DNA of 60,998 nucleotides, counting the filler. It is 3 parts of 3 records of this genome, joined end to end, with 100 filler letters (N's around TTAATTAATTAA, not from the genome) between each part and the next. Parts side by side here need not be neighbours in the genome. Positions count along the whole stretch, not along the records: positions 1 to 23,456 come from DRR723986_8159; 2 more parts are not named here. The stretch is one strand, 5' to 3'. Below, piece by piece: positions 1 through 9,311 of this stretch (positions are counted from its first letter, which is position 1; each line of letters opens with the position of its first letter). Made by a program: the position numbers and the translations under genes. The notes under the pieces were generated by a model. That model made no database searches, was not told the origin of the DNA, and saw nothing but the letters and a program-made list of their open reading frames with translations.

Positions 1-436
1 CGAGCCCTAAGGGCTCGACCCGGTTGTAAATTTTCAATTTTTCAAATCCTCAACCACTAAACCACAATCTCCTCACCCAAAACCACAAACTACTGAGCGC
101 AAAACCATTTTGCCTTGTAACTTCCGAAATCTCAATAAGTTTGGCCCCCGAGCCAAATGTTAGCCCGAAAACCAAACAGAATTCAGGCAAGTTCCAGCCA
201 GAAACCAATCAGCCCCCAGCCAAAAGTTAATCGCTGCTCCACCAGCCTCACAACTCTAGGCCCTTCGATTTTGCCAACAACTGACTGACAGGCGATTGAC
301 GCAAAAGTGGACTAAGAGGCCGACAACTTCCGATTAAACAACTAACAAGAAGAAAAAGCCAGCCGCCAAGCAGAATGCGCAGAGGCGCAGCGGTCAAGCC
401 GTCAAGTCAGGAATGTTAAGTGTAGAATTGGCTAGA
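1..436. repeat. Degenerate dispersed non-coding repeat, copy at left end of contig 1
   Basis: Hairpin CGAGCCC-TAA-GGGCTCG (1-17), A/C-rich + strand. Shares motifs with 7478-8597, 10865-11289 and 23215-23456, e.g. ACTAACAAGAA..AAAAAGC at 341-359. Confidence 0.55.
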
Positions 437-1495
437 CTACAGAATCTGCAACATGCGACGCGCCCGCGCCACTAATTCGCCATCGGGATAAGTATCTACC
501 AGTTGCTGAAAGTATTTGCGTGCCTGATCAGTGTCGTCCAGTTTAACATGTGCGTTGCCAAGCAGGATCAAAACCGCCTGAACTTCCTCGGGATAGCTGT
601 CGGTAGCCAGGAAATCACGGAAATAACTTATGGATTCGGTCCAGTTGCCGGCACCGTAATACGCTTCGCCCAGCCAGCGCTGTGTTTTGGCGCGTACAAA
701 GGGGTCGTCACTATCGTCCAAAACCGCGAGAAGTGAATCGACGGCCGCTTCGTATTCGCGGACACGAACGTGGTTAAGTGCGGCATAATAATTTTGTGGA
801 AAAACGGGCGGATCAACAATGCGCTGATCGGGATTAAAGGAACTGGCCAGACTGCGGGGCTCGTTAAAGTCGGGGTCCTGGTCAGCGTCGGCATCTTGTT
901 TAACATCTTGTTTAACTGGTGGATCCGGCTGCAAAATGGAAACGTCGTCCTGCGCCGGATCTTCGTCAGAATTTGAATCAGGTGTTAACAGATTGTCGGG
1001 GCCGGTAGCCAGGGCGGCCTGTTCGTCGGGCAAAAGAAAGGTCTCGGGATCGCCGGCAGGATCGATAGAATTGTCATCAACAGGGCGATCGCCGGTAGCG
1101 TTGGGACTCTGAGTGACAAGTGGTGATTCCTGAACGAGGCGCCGCAAATCGGCAACATCGGTTTTGACGTCTGCCAGGTCAGTCCGAATTGCCTGAAGAT
1201 CATTCTGCATAGCCGCCTGACGTTCCTCAATAGAACGCATTTGCTCGCGCAGCGTCGGCAGGCGTTTGCGCTTGGTTGTACTGCTTGTATCGGCGTCAGC
1301 AGCGGCGGAATCATTGGATGCACTGGCCCCAGATTCGCCGGCATCTGCAGACTGCTCAGGACTTTGAGTCTCGGCACTGTCAGCAGCTGAATCCTCACCC
1401 GACTGCAATAGACTGCAGGCCGAGAGGCACACAAAAAGACCTAAAGACAATACAAATACAAGGCTGCGTTTATTGATCCAATGCGGCAGAATCAT
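437..1495 (-). CDS. TPR lipoprotein, YbgF/CpoB-like (tol-pal associated)
   Basis: Lipobox CLSAC, coiled-coil segment (LREQMRSIEERQAAMQNDL), acidic linker, C-terminal TPRs (WLGEAYY, LLGNAH, QQLVDTYPDG). Confidence 0.7.
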   Translation of the reverse strand: MILPHWINKRSLVFVLSLGLFVCLSACSLLQSGEDSAADSAETQSPEQSADAGESGASASNDSAAADADTSSTTKRKRLPTLREQMRSIEERQAAMQNDLQAIRTDLADVKTDVADLRRLVQESPLVTQSPNATGDRPVDDNSIDPAGDPETFLLPDEQAALATGPDNLLTPDSNSDEDPAQDDVSILQPDPPVKQDVKQDADADQDPDFNEPRSLASSFNPDQRIVDPPVFPQNYYAALNHVRVREYEAAVDSLLAVLDDSDDPFVRAKTQRWLGEAYYGAGNWTESISYFRDFLATDSYPEEVQAVLILLGNAHVKLDDTDQARKYFQQLVDTYPDGELVARARRMLQIL

Positions 1496-1536
1496 GGACC
1501 GGTTCCTCCAACCTTAGAAATCTTACTGAGGAAAAC

Positions 1537-2547
1537 TTATTGAGGCACGATCATGTAATGTATTCCAAAATACGATTTTCGGTCGGTCCACGTACGTTTT
1601 ATGTCGTATCCGGTAGTCGTTGCCAGTTTTTGCACCAATTCGGGTGTGTATTTGTGCGAACATTCCGTGTGCAAACGTTCGCCTGCAGCGATGTCAAAAC
1701 TATGCTTACCCAGCGCAACCGTGTGTGCCTTGGCGGCTTCCAGATGCATCTCCATACGCGAGAGTTCTGGGTTAAAAACGGCAACGTGTTTGTAGTTTTC
1801 CACTGGGAAATCAGCGCCCAGCTCAGAATTGATGCGGTTCAGGAGGTTGAGATTGAAGCTGGCAGTCACGCCGGCGGCATCGTCGTACGCAGCTTCGAGC
1901 AGGCTCTGCTCTTTGAGCATATCGGTGCCGAGCAGGAATCCATCACCCTTGCGCAGCATGTTGCTGACTGAGGCGAGCAATTCACGCGCGTCATCGCGCT
2001 TAAAGTTTCCGATAGTTGAACCGGGAAAATACACGACGGTTTGATCGGAACCACAGTAGTCCTGTTCCTCTACCCAGCGCACACCATCCAGGAAGTCGGC
2101 GCAGACGGCACGCACCTGCAGCCCCGGGAATGCCGCGCTTAAGTCGGTCGCCGTCTTGAACAGAAAGTCGCGCGAGATGTCGATTGGAACATATGTGAGC
2201 TCAATGCCGCGGTTCTGGGCTTCGCGCAGCAAATAGAGCGTCTTGACACTTGCGCCGCTTCCGAGCTCAACGAGAGTCGTTTTCTGAGCAAACTCAGCGC
2301 ACATTTCCGCAGCGTACTGCTCCATGATGCTGATTTCTGTGCGTGTAACGTAATATTCCGGCTGCCGCGTAATGTCTTCGAAGAGTTCAGATCCGTGCTC
2401 ATCGTAGAAGTATTTTGGTTGTAGTGCTTTAGGGCTGGCCTGCAGGCCGGCGATGGTATCGGCCAAAAATGTGTCACTGGGCACATGCAGGTCAATCAGT
2501 TCAAGAGTGTCGTTAGACTTGCCGGCTTTCATTGCTGTATCAAACAT
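1537..2547 (-). CDS. egtD: L-histidine N-alpha-trimethyltransferase
   Basis: PKYFYDEHGSELFEDITRQPEYYVTRTE, SAM motif VELGSG, FPGSTIGNF, AAYDDAAGVTASFNLN, TECSHKY. Adjacent to egtB. Confidence 0.95.
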   Translation of the reverse strand: MFDTAMKAGKSNDTLELIDLHVPSDTFLADTIAGLQASPKALQPKYFYDEHGSELFEDITRQPEYYVTRTEISIMEQYAAEMCAEFAQKTTLVELGSGASVKTLYLLREAQNRGIELTYVPIDISRDFLFKTATDLSAAFPGLQVRAVCADFLDGVRWVEEQDYCGSDQTVVYFPGSTIGNFKRDDARELLASVSNMLRKGDGFLLGTDMLKEQSLLEAAYDDAAGVTASFNLNLLNRINSELGADFPVENYKHVAVFNPELSRMEMHLEAAKAHTVALGKHSFDIAAGERLHTECSHKYTPELVQKLATTTGYDIKRTWTDRKSYFGIHYMIVPQ

Positions 2548-2742
2548 GGGAATAGTATTTTGGTAGAAGTATGGTGCATCACTGTCATCAAAAGAACGGT
2601 CATCAAAAGAACCAGTTGTGTTTTGGACCAGTATTGAGAAGTCACAGCGCAGTCGTACGACAGCTGGGACAACAAAGTCACCAAACCAGATTTCAGAAGA
2701 AATTTGTGAAAACGTTGAGAAGACATTAAATAACGCGGGACT

Positions 2743-4083
2743 TCACTTAATAGTTCGCGCACAGCGAAAACCACAAATCATCCAGCGTTCGTGGGCGTAG
2801 AAAAAGTTGCGATACGTTCCGCGAATATGAATTCGCGTCGTTGCAAACGATCCGCCACGCAGAACTTTCTGATTTACAAACCATTTGTCATTGTATTCGG
2901 CAAACTGCGACTCAAAGCCGGGATAGGGCGCATAGTCGGACGAAGTCCATTCCCAGGCGTCACCGATCATGCCATAACAGCCGGACGGGCTGGTTCCCGC
3001 TCCGTAGCTGCCGATGGGCGCAACGCCCCAAAGGCGCGAGTCTAGCAGGTTGGCATGTTGTTCTTCCGGCGGTTCATCGCCCCAGGGGAATGTTTGAATG
3101 CGTGATTCAGCCGGATTCCAGAGTGCCGCTTTTTCCCATTCAGCTTCGGTGGGCAGGCGCTTGCCTTTCCACTTGGCAAAGGCACGTGCCTCGTGATAGC
3201 TGATGTGTGTAACCGGTTCGTTGCCGACGATTGGACGCAGGCCCCTGAAGTCGCGAATCAACCATTCCTTGTCGTCAGGTTGTTCCCAGTAGAGTGGCGC
3301 TTTCCATTCATTCTCCTTAACCTTGGCCCAGCCTTCCGAGAGCCACCAGCGATAGTCGCGGTAGCCGCCATCCTGAATAAATTCAAGAAATTCGGCATTG
3401 CTGACCGGCGCGCGGTCAATGGCAAAAGGCATCAAATACACAGTGTGGCGTGGCTTCTCATTATCGTAGGCAAAACGCTCACCGGCATAACCGATCTCGT
3501 GTGTGCCTCCTTCAAATTCGACTTCGCCCGTGATTAGTTTGGCAGTGGTGGGCGCCTGGCCTTGATTCTCAGGTTCGTAGAGATCACAAAGCAGGTGTTT
3601 GATGTCGTAAACCATCAACTCCTGATGCTGCATCTCATGCTCAAGTCCCAGGGTCGTCAGGCGAATGATATTTTCGGCGGACTCAAGCGTGTTGAGGCGG
3701 CTGAAAACTTCGCGCATGCGTTCGTCGATACTGCGGCGGTAGTCCAGAACCTGGCGAACCGTTGGGCGTGATTTGGTGCCGCGCATCGATTTATCAATGC
3801 GTTCGCCGAACACCTCATAATACGAATTAAAATAGAACAGAAACTCTTTTGAGTAAATCTGATATCCCGGAACATATTTTTTCATTACCATTTCGAAAAA
3901 CCAGGTCGTATGCCCAAGGTGCCATTTAGGCGGGCTCATATACGACGCAGTTTGAACGACGTAGTCTTCAATTTCCAGGGGGCGACAGATTTCAAGCGAT
4001 TGTTCGCGTACAAATGAATACACTGTTGACAAGGAATCAACCTTGTCGGCAGTCGACGCCGCGGCAAGTGGTTCAATCAACAT
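2743..4083 (-). CDS. egtB: Ergothioneine biosynthesis sulfoxide synthase (DinB + FGE-sulfatase domains)
   Basis: SPPKWHLGHTTWFFE, NSYY, HEMQHQEL iron ligands, RLPTEAEWEKAA, GDAWEWT, VLRGGS. ATG at 4083 preferred over the ORF-track start at 4107. Confidence 0.93.
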   Translation of the reverse strand: MLIEPLAAASTADKVDSLSTVYSFVREQSLEICRPLEIEDYVVQTASYMSPPKWHLGHTTWFFEMVMKKYVPGYQIYSKEFLFYFNSYYEVFGERIDKSMRGTKSRPTVRQVLDYRRSIDERMREVFSRLNTLESAENIIRLTTLGLEHEMQHQELMVYDIKHLLCDLYEPENQGQAPTTAKLITGEVEFEGGTHEIGYAGERFAYDNEKPRHTVYLMPFAIDRAPVSNAEFLEFIQDGGYRDYRWWLSEGWAKVKENEWKAPLYWEQPDDKEWLIRDFRGLRPIVGNEPVTHISYHEARAFAKWKGKRLPTEAEWEKAALWNPAESRIQTFPWGDEPPEEQHANLLDSRLWGVAPIGSYGAGTSPSGCYGMIGDAWEWTSSDYAPYPGFESQFAEYNDKWFVNQKVLRGGSFATTRIHIRGTYRNFFYAHERWMICGFRCARTIK

Positions 4084-4275
4084 AAGGAAAAGTATACGGA
4101 GGAACACGACCAGAGCCGCGTCAATTCAGCGAGGGATAGTACATGGTTACTAAGGAATAGGTGAAGTTACTCAATCCAATGTTCATAATCAAACCACGTT
4201 TTTCACATAATCAGATGGGCTTCCACACGTCTATTGCGGCATTGTTATTCTAACGCAATCATCATATTTTCGCGC

Positions 4276-6156
4276 ATGAGTTCGGACTACCCCAATTCAG
4301 CATTTGCTGCGCCTTCACGCAAGATCATTCTGATTACCCTGGTGCTCCTGATGACGCTAGTCTATCTGGGCCGCCTGGTACAGTTGCAATTTGTGGAAGG
4401 CAGCGATTATACCGCTAAATCACAGCGCGTGATAAAATCGCTGACCTCTAAGCCGACGCGCGGAGCGATCTACGATCGTCACGGTCGCCCACTCGTTCAG
4501 AATGAACCGTTTTTCAGTGTCACCGTCACGCCCAAGGACTTTACGCCGGAAGCGCGTGACATGCTGTCCCTGATTATTGATATTCCCGCCGAAGACATTG
4601 ACAAGCGTTTGAAAAAACATCGCAATGGGCGCTTCCGCCCTGTCATTATCCACTCGGATGCAAGCTTTGAGCAAGTCGCTGCCATCGAAGAAAACTGGCA
4701 CCTGCTCAGCGGCGTAGAAATCAGCGCACAAACCAAGCGCACCTACACCGAAGAAGCGCATCTTACGCACCTGCTGGGATATACCAAGGAAATCAACGAA
4801 CGCCAATTAAGCAAAATGGGCGACTACTATGAACGTGGCGACATGATCGGTTATGGCGGTCTGGAGCGCACTTACGAGCAGTTTCTACGCGGTAGAAAAG
4901 GTGTGGAATTTGTAGCCTACAATGCCCTGGGCCAAAAGGTTCGCAGTTTTAACGATGGACTGAACGACATTCTTTCGACCGGCGGTTTTGACCTCAACCT
5001 GGCGATAGATGTTAATCTTCAGCGCGTTGCCGAAGAAAGTATGCAAGGCCATTCAGGCGCAGCAGTTGTGCTGGATCCGCGTAACGGCGAAATCTTAGCT
5101 TTTGCCAGTTTGCCGGATTACGATCTGCACCACTTCTCCGGCAAAACACCGACGCATATTTACAACGCACTGCGCGACGACGAAAACCGGCCCTTCATCA
5201 ATCGCGTCACAAACGCAATTTACCCGCCGGGCTCACCATTTAAGATGCTGGTTGGCCTGGCTGCGCTCGAAGAAGGCATCATCGATGAACATACGCACAT
5301 CAACTGCAAAGGCTCCTACAAACTCGGGCGGCGCAGCTTTAAGTGTCACGGTGGTGCGCATGGTGCAATGGATGTGCGCAATGCCATTCGCGTATCGTGC
5401 AACGTGTTTTTCTATACCCTGGCAATCAAACTGGGACCGGATAAAATGGCCGAGTACGGACAAAAGTTCGGCTTCGGTGAAAAACGTAGTATTGACATCC
5501 TGGAAGAAAATCGAGGCATCATGCCCGACCGCGCCTGGATGAATAAGCGTTATGGCGAAAAAGGCTGGGCCGACAGTCGTGTAATTAACTGGGGCATCGG
5601 GCAAGGGGAAATCACCGTTACGCCGCTGCAGGTAGCTATCTACACGGCCGTCCTGGCGAATAAAGGCACCTTGTATCAGCCGCATGCTGTGCGTACGGTC
5701 TATAATCGCGAAACCGAAAGCATCGATCCGATCGACTATGGATCGCGCCAGCTTAAGATTAAGGAACACTACTTTGACATCGTCCGCAAGGGCATGTACG
5801 ACGTTGTTAATGCCGAAGGTGGTACGGCTCGTTCGGTGCGCCTGGACAGCATTCCGGTTTCCGGTAAAACGGGTACGGCGCAGAATCCGCACGGCCGTGA
5901 TCACGCCTGGTTCACGTGTTTTGCGCCCTATGACGAGCCTGAAATTGTAGTCACAGTGATTGCCGAAAATTCTGGATATGGTGGTTCGGTTGCCGGCCCT
6001 GTATGCCGCAAAATTCTGGAACAGTACTTTGGGATCGAAAAACCCGAACCTGTATCTACGCCAGTTCCGATTCCTCCCCCAAGTGATACACTACTCCCAC
6101 CGCTGCCTGCAGTGGACAGTTTAGATGTAGAACCACTATCTCCGCGCTCCGAATAA
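4276..6156 (+). CDS. mrdA: Penicillin-binding protein 2
   Basis: N-terminal TM helix, RGAIYDRHG, YPPGSPFK (SxxK), SCN, KTGTAQ. ATG at 4276 preferred over TTG at 4234. Confidence 0.93.
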   Translation: MSSDYPNSAFAAPSRKIILITLVLLMTLVYLGRLVQLQFVEGSDYTAKSQRVIKSLTSKPTRGAIYDRHGRPLVQNEPFFSVTVTPKDFTPEARDMLSLIIDIPAEDIDKRLKKHRNGRFRPVIIHSDASFEQVAAIEENWHLLSGVEISAQTKRTYTEEAHLTHLLGYTKEINERQLSKMGDYYERGDMIGYGGLERTYEQFLRGRKGVEFVAYNALGQKVRSFNDGLNDILSTGGFDLNLAIDVNLQRVAEESMQGHSGAAVVLDPRNGEILAFASLPDYDLHHFSGKTPTHIYNALRDDENRPFINRVTNAIYPPGSPFKMLVGLAALEEGIIDEHTHINCKGSYKLGRRSFKCHGGAHGAMDVRNAIRVSCNVFFYTLAIKLGPDKMAEYGQKFGFGEKRSIDILEENRGIMPDRAWMNKRYGEKGWADSRVINWGIGQGEITVTPLQVAIYTAVLANKGTLYQPHAVRTVYNRETESIDPIDYGSRQLKIKEHYFDIVRKGMYDVVNAEGGTARSVRLDSIPVSGKTGTAQNPHGRDHAWFTCFAPYDEPEIVVTVIAENSGYGGSVAGPVCRKILEQYFGIEKPEPVSTPVPIPPPSDTLLPPLPAVDSLDVEPLSPRSE

Positions 6157-6169
6157 GAGAGGCTCCAAC

Positions 6170-7477
6170 ATGTTTAATCTCCGCACGGGCTCTGCATTGG
6201 GAGTCCTGGTGCTGCTGTTCATTTTCTATACTGGATGTGGGCAAAATCAGCAGGATAAAGTTGAAAGTACGGTAAACGACGAAGCCGATCGCGCTGCAAT
6301 CATAGAATTGACACTGGCTCACTTCTGGTCGGAGCCATCACAAAAACAGGAATTGGAGCGCCTGGCACAAGAATACGCGGCGCAGAAGCAGAATATCACG
6401 ATTAATCTTCTCGACTTAAACTGGAGTGACGGCAAAACCAAGTTGCAGCTGGCATTTAACAGTGGCACTCCACCAGATATTATTCATCTTGGCCTGGAGT
6501 GGACACCTGAATTTGCACGCGCCGGTGTGCTACAGGTTTTACCGGAAACGATGGCAGCCTCCACGGCCGACTTTTTGCCGCAAGCACTTAAAGCTTTAAC
6601 ACATGGCAAAGCAGGCCAACAGTACGCTCTGCCCTGGTTTGTTAACACGCGTAGTATGGTGATTAACAAAAACCTGGCACCTGCTGAGTCACTTAAACAA
6701 GTCGTGGATGGTGATACGCTGGACTGGGATTGGCTCGATCAAATATTGCAATCAAACACGGCTCCAGGAAACGTGTCATTTGGTGTTAACGCCACGGAAC
6801 CGCATAACGTTCTCAAAAAGGCATTACCGATTATTTGGAGTGCCGGTAGTGATCTGTTTGCCTCTGCGCCCTTGCATTCAAGTTTTGACCCCGCGGCGAT
6901 CACTGGTTTGGAGCGTTACTGCACCTTGGCCGGTTCGGGACAAATTGAAGCGTCGCGCACATTGGACGACATGTTTGTTAACGGTCAGTTGGCGGTTTGG
7001 TTAAGCGGCGCGTGGCTGGAGACGATGCTGGACCGTGGCCTGGCGCTGGATGACGTGCTGGTTTTGGGTTCGATTCCAGGCGCTGCAGGCGCCGAGGCCG
7101 GTGGCTGGAGCATTTTGGGTGGTGACGCCCTGGCGGTTAGTTCTCGAAGTCAGCATCCCCGGGCGGCATGGGAGGCGGTCCATTTTTTGAGCAGTTACGC
7201 TGCGGCTAAGTCTTTCAGCCAGACCGTTCCGGACGCTGGTTTACCGGCTCACAGGCAAGCACTTGAGGATTCCGACTTCCGCTCCAACAGCTTCAAGGCT
7301 GGTTTTGTTAAGCAGATTTCTCGTGCGCGGCCGCTCCCCTCTTCGCCGTTTTTTGTGGAGGCCCAAGCTGTCCTGGAGCATGCGATTATGGAAGCCGTCT
7401 ATGGACGTTTGAGTCCTGCTGAGGCCTTGGCTGGGGCACGTGCGAAGATTAGAGAGCTGGAAAGTTTGCAGCAGTAA
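6170..7477 (+). CDS. ABC-type extracellular solute-binding lipoprotein (sugar-binding family)
   Basis: Lipobox YTGC; motifs SGTPPDII, YALPW and GGDALAV typical of SBP_bac_1/8. Confidence 0.85.
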   Translation: MFNLRTGSALGVLVLLFIFYTGCGQNQQDKVESTVNDEADRAAIIELTLAHFWSEPSQKQELERLAQEYAAQKQNITINLLDLNWSDGKTKLQLAFNSGTPPDIIHLGLEWTPEFARAGVLQVLPETMAASTADFLPQALKALTHGKAGQQYALPWFVNTRSMVINKNLAPAESLKQVVDGDTLDWDWLDQILQSNTAPGNVSFGVNATEPHNVLKKALPIIWSAGSDLFASAPLHSSFDPAAITGLERYCTLAGSGQIEASRTLDDMFVNGQLAVWLSGAWLETMLDRGLALDDVLVLGSIPGAAGAEAGGWSILGGDALAVSSRSQHPRAAWEAVHFLSSYAAAKSFSQTVPDAGLPAHRQALEDSDFRSNSFKAGFVKQISRARPLPSSPFFVEAQAVLEHAIMEAVYGRLSPAEALAGARAKIRELESLQQ

Positions 7478-8597
7478 CACTTAAGCTTTAGAGCGTTCAC
7501 CGAAGTACGCAACCATTGCACTTTTTGACACTAAATATCATCTTTCAGCGGCGATTAACATTTGACACCTTCACTTCTGTTTGGGCATCTCCGGGAACGA
7601 TGTTTAACTTTAACATGAGCGCTTTGAGCACCTTCACTCTGTTCGGGGCTCAGGCTTTTTGATTTTCTTGTTAGTTAATCGGTTTAAGGTCTGCAGCATT
7701 TGAGACTTGTTTTGGTCTTGAGGTTTTGTTTTTGGGGTGTTGGTTATGGGGTGTTCAAACAAGCCGGCAGGTTTTGGAAATTTTCGGTTTTCTGCAGACT
7801 GGCGCATCAGCTGTTAGCCATAGGCTAACAGCTCGTTGAAATTGTCAAATTCGGCAGGGTCACAAACCTTTGAAACGGGCATCACCTTCTAAAAGTCTTG
7901 TGCCGGCAGTCCCATCGGACATCTGCTAAATGAACTTCTCCAACATGCAAGGGAAATAGACTCAAGTTCTTTGGAATGACAGTCAATGGACAGACTTTGC
8001 CGTTGAGCGGTGCACAGTCGCGCGCGTTTGTAAGGCATAGACACTGAGATTCACCGCACAGAGCATCACCGTTTGTTAGGTGACGCGTAAATTCTCAACT
8101 GATTCCGAATTGTGGATCCATGCAAAACAAAAAGAAACAGCAAGCCCAACCGGAAAAGCCAGGAGTGCAAACGAAAGGCGCAGACGGGAGGCGAAGCGTT
8201 CAAGCTCTTGTTCTGTAAAAAGAACTGCAATTCTATCGGATAAAATTTACTGCAGGGCCAAGCAACATCAGGTAAAATATACGAAGTGTTAACATGGAGC
8301 TCCACTTATTGTCTGCCAAACATTAACACAGCCCACAACTTAACACCTGGAGCATGCCAGATTGCAAAAACATTTAACATCCACAGAACACAAACACACA
8401 AACCCAGTTAACATTTGCCAAACGGCACTAAAGCAGCGCAGCTTGTTAAACTACAGCGATTAAATACGCAATCATTGGCAGTTAATTAACAATTGCTGGT
8501 TGAAAATTGTTCAAAACAATAAAGCCCAATTGAAGATTTGACCTTCTTTGGGCTTTGAGTGAAACTTAACAAAACACGGCAATGTCGGGGGCCGAAG
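7478..8597. repeat. 1.1-kb non-coding composite repeat between convergent genes
   Basis: Perfect hairpin AGCTGTTAGCC-ATA-GGCTAACAGCT (7809-7833). Internal direct repeat CACCTTCACT(T)CTGTT near 7566 and 7629. Seven TTAACA in 8289-8571. Motifs shared with 1-436. Confidence 0.55.
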
Positions 8598-9161
8598 TTA
8601 CTCGAGAACGGCCTCGATTCTGGCGTCCAGACCAAAACGCGAGAGGTTGGTATCCAGAACATTACCGTCACGATCGATTAACACTTTGTAGGGGACGCGT
8701 CCGCCATAACCAAATCGTTCGCCCGTGGAACCGGTGGGGTCAAATGCCTGTGTCCAGACCAGTGCACTATCGGAAATCATTTTGTCCCAGGCATCAAACC
8801 TGTCGCCGACGGCAATGCCGAAAATTTCGAGACCGCTGTCTTTGTGTTTGGCGTAGAGTTCGCGCAGGTCGTCCATCTCAGCGCGGCAAGGAGCGCACCA
8901 GGAACCCCAGAAATCGACAAGTATTACTTTACCCAGGTGCTGGTCCAGGTTAACACTTACGCCGGCGGGATTGCTCAATCGAATTGTAGGCGCCTTTTCG
9001 CCCAGGACAATTTGATTTTCGACGGGCGTTAGAATCACGCCATTATCGCCGCCATCGTCGTCGCAGGCACTAAGAAGAGCCAAACTAAAACACAATGACA
9101 GAAAAATGACCATTGGTCGCGAAGTACTGAAAACACGCTGGAGTTGAGCTGTATTGGGCAT
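8598..9161 (-). CDS. TlpA-family thiol-disulfide oxidoreductase lipoprotein
   Basis: VILVDFWGSWCAPC, lipobox LLSAC. Start uncertain (ATG at 9161 or 9113). Confidence 0.88.
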   Translation of the reverse strand: MPNTAQLQRVFSTSRPMVIFLSLCFSLALLSACDDDGGDNGVILTPVENQIVLGEKAPTIRLSNPAGVSVNLDQHLGKVILVDFWGSWCAPCRAEMDDLRELYAKHKDSGLEIFGIAVGDRFDAWDKMISDSALVWTQAFDPTGSTGERFGYGGRVPYKVLIDRDGNVLDTNLSRFGLDARIEAVLE

Positions 9162-9311
9162 GGCCGACCTTTGTTGACAGATTAGCAAAAGAGTTAGGCT
9201 GGAATGCAATGGAAGACCAACAGCACAGCTTGTGGATTGGTTCCGATCGTACGACACTATTAGAACACGTTAACAGGCGCGCCGTCACAGGCGAGGAATT
9301 TAGGTCCTGAA

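Noticed and set aside
340-421. attC-like site (AACTAAC...GTTAAGT)
   Set aside because: The inner arms are not complementary, the cores pair imperfectly and no integrase is present.
2743-4083. Selenoneine synthase SenA or ovothiol synthase OvoA
   Set aside because: No senB/selD neighbours and no C-terminal methyltransferase domain; the adjacent egtD supports EgtB.
8066-8305. Short ORFs in non-coding gaps (8066-8305, 8080-8292, 10956-11246, 49539-49813)
   Set aside because: No motifs, atypical composition, and they overlap repeat or promoter DNA.
7478-8597. Replication origin or CRISPR array
   Set aside because: No consensus TTATCCACA boxes were seen, and the repeated unit is only a hexamer, with no 25-45 bp repeat and no cas genes.
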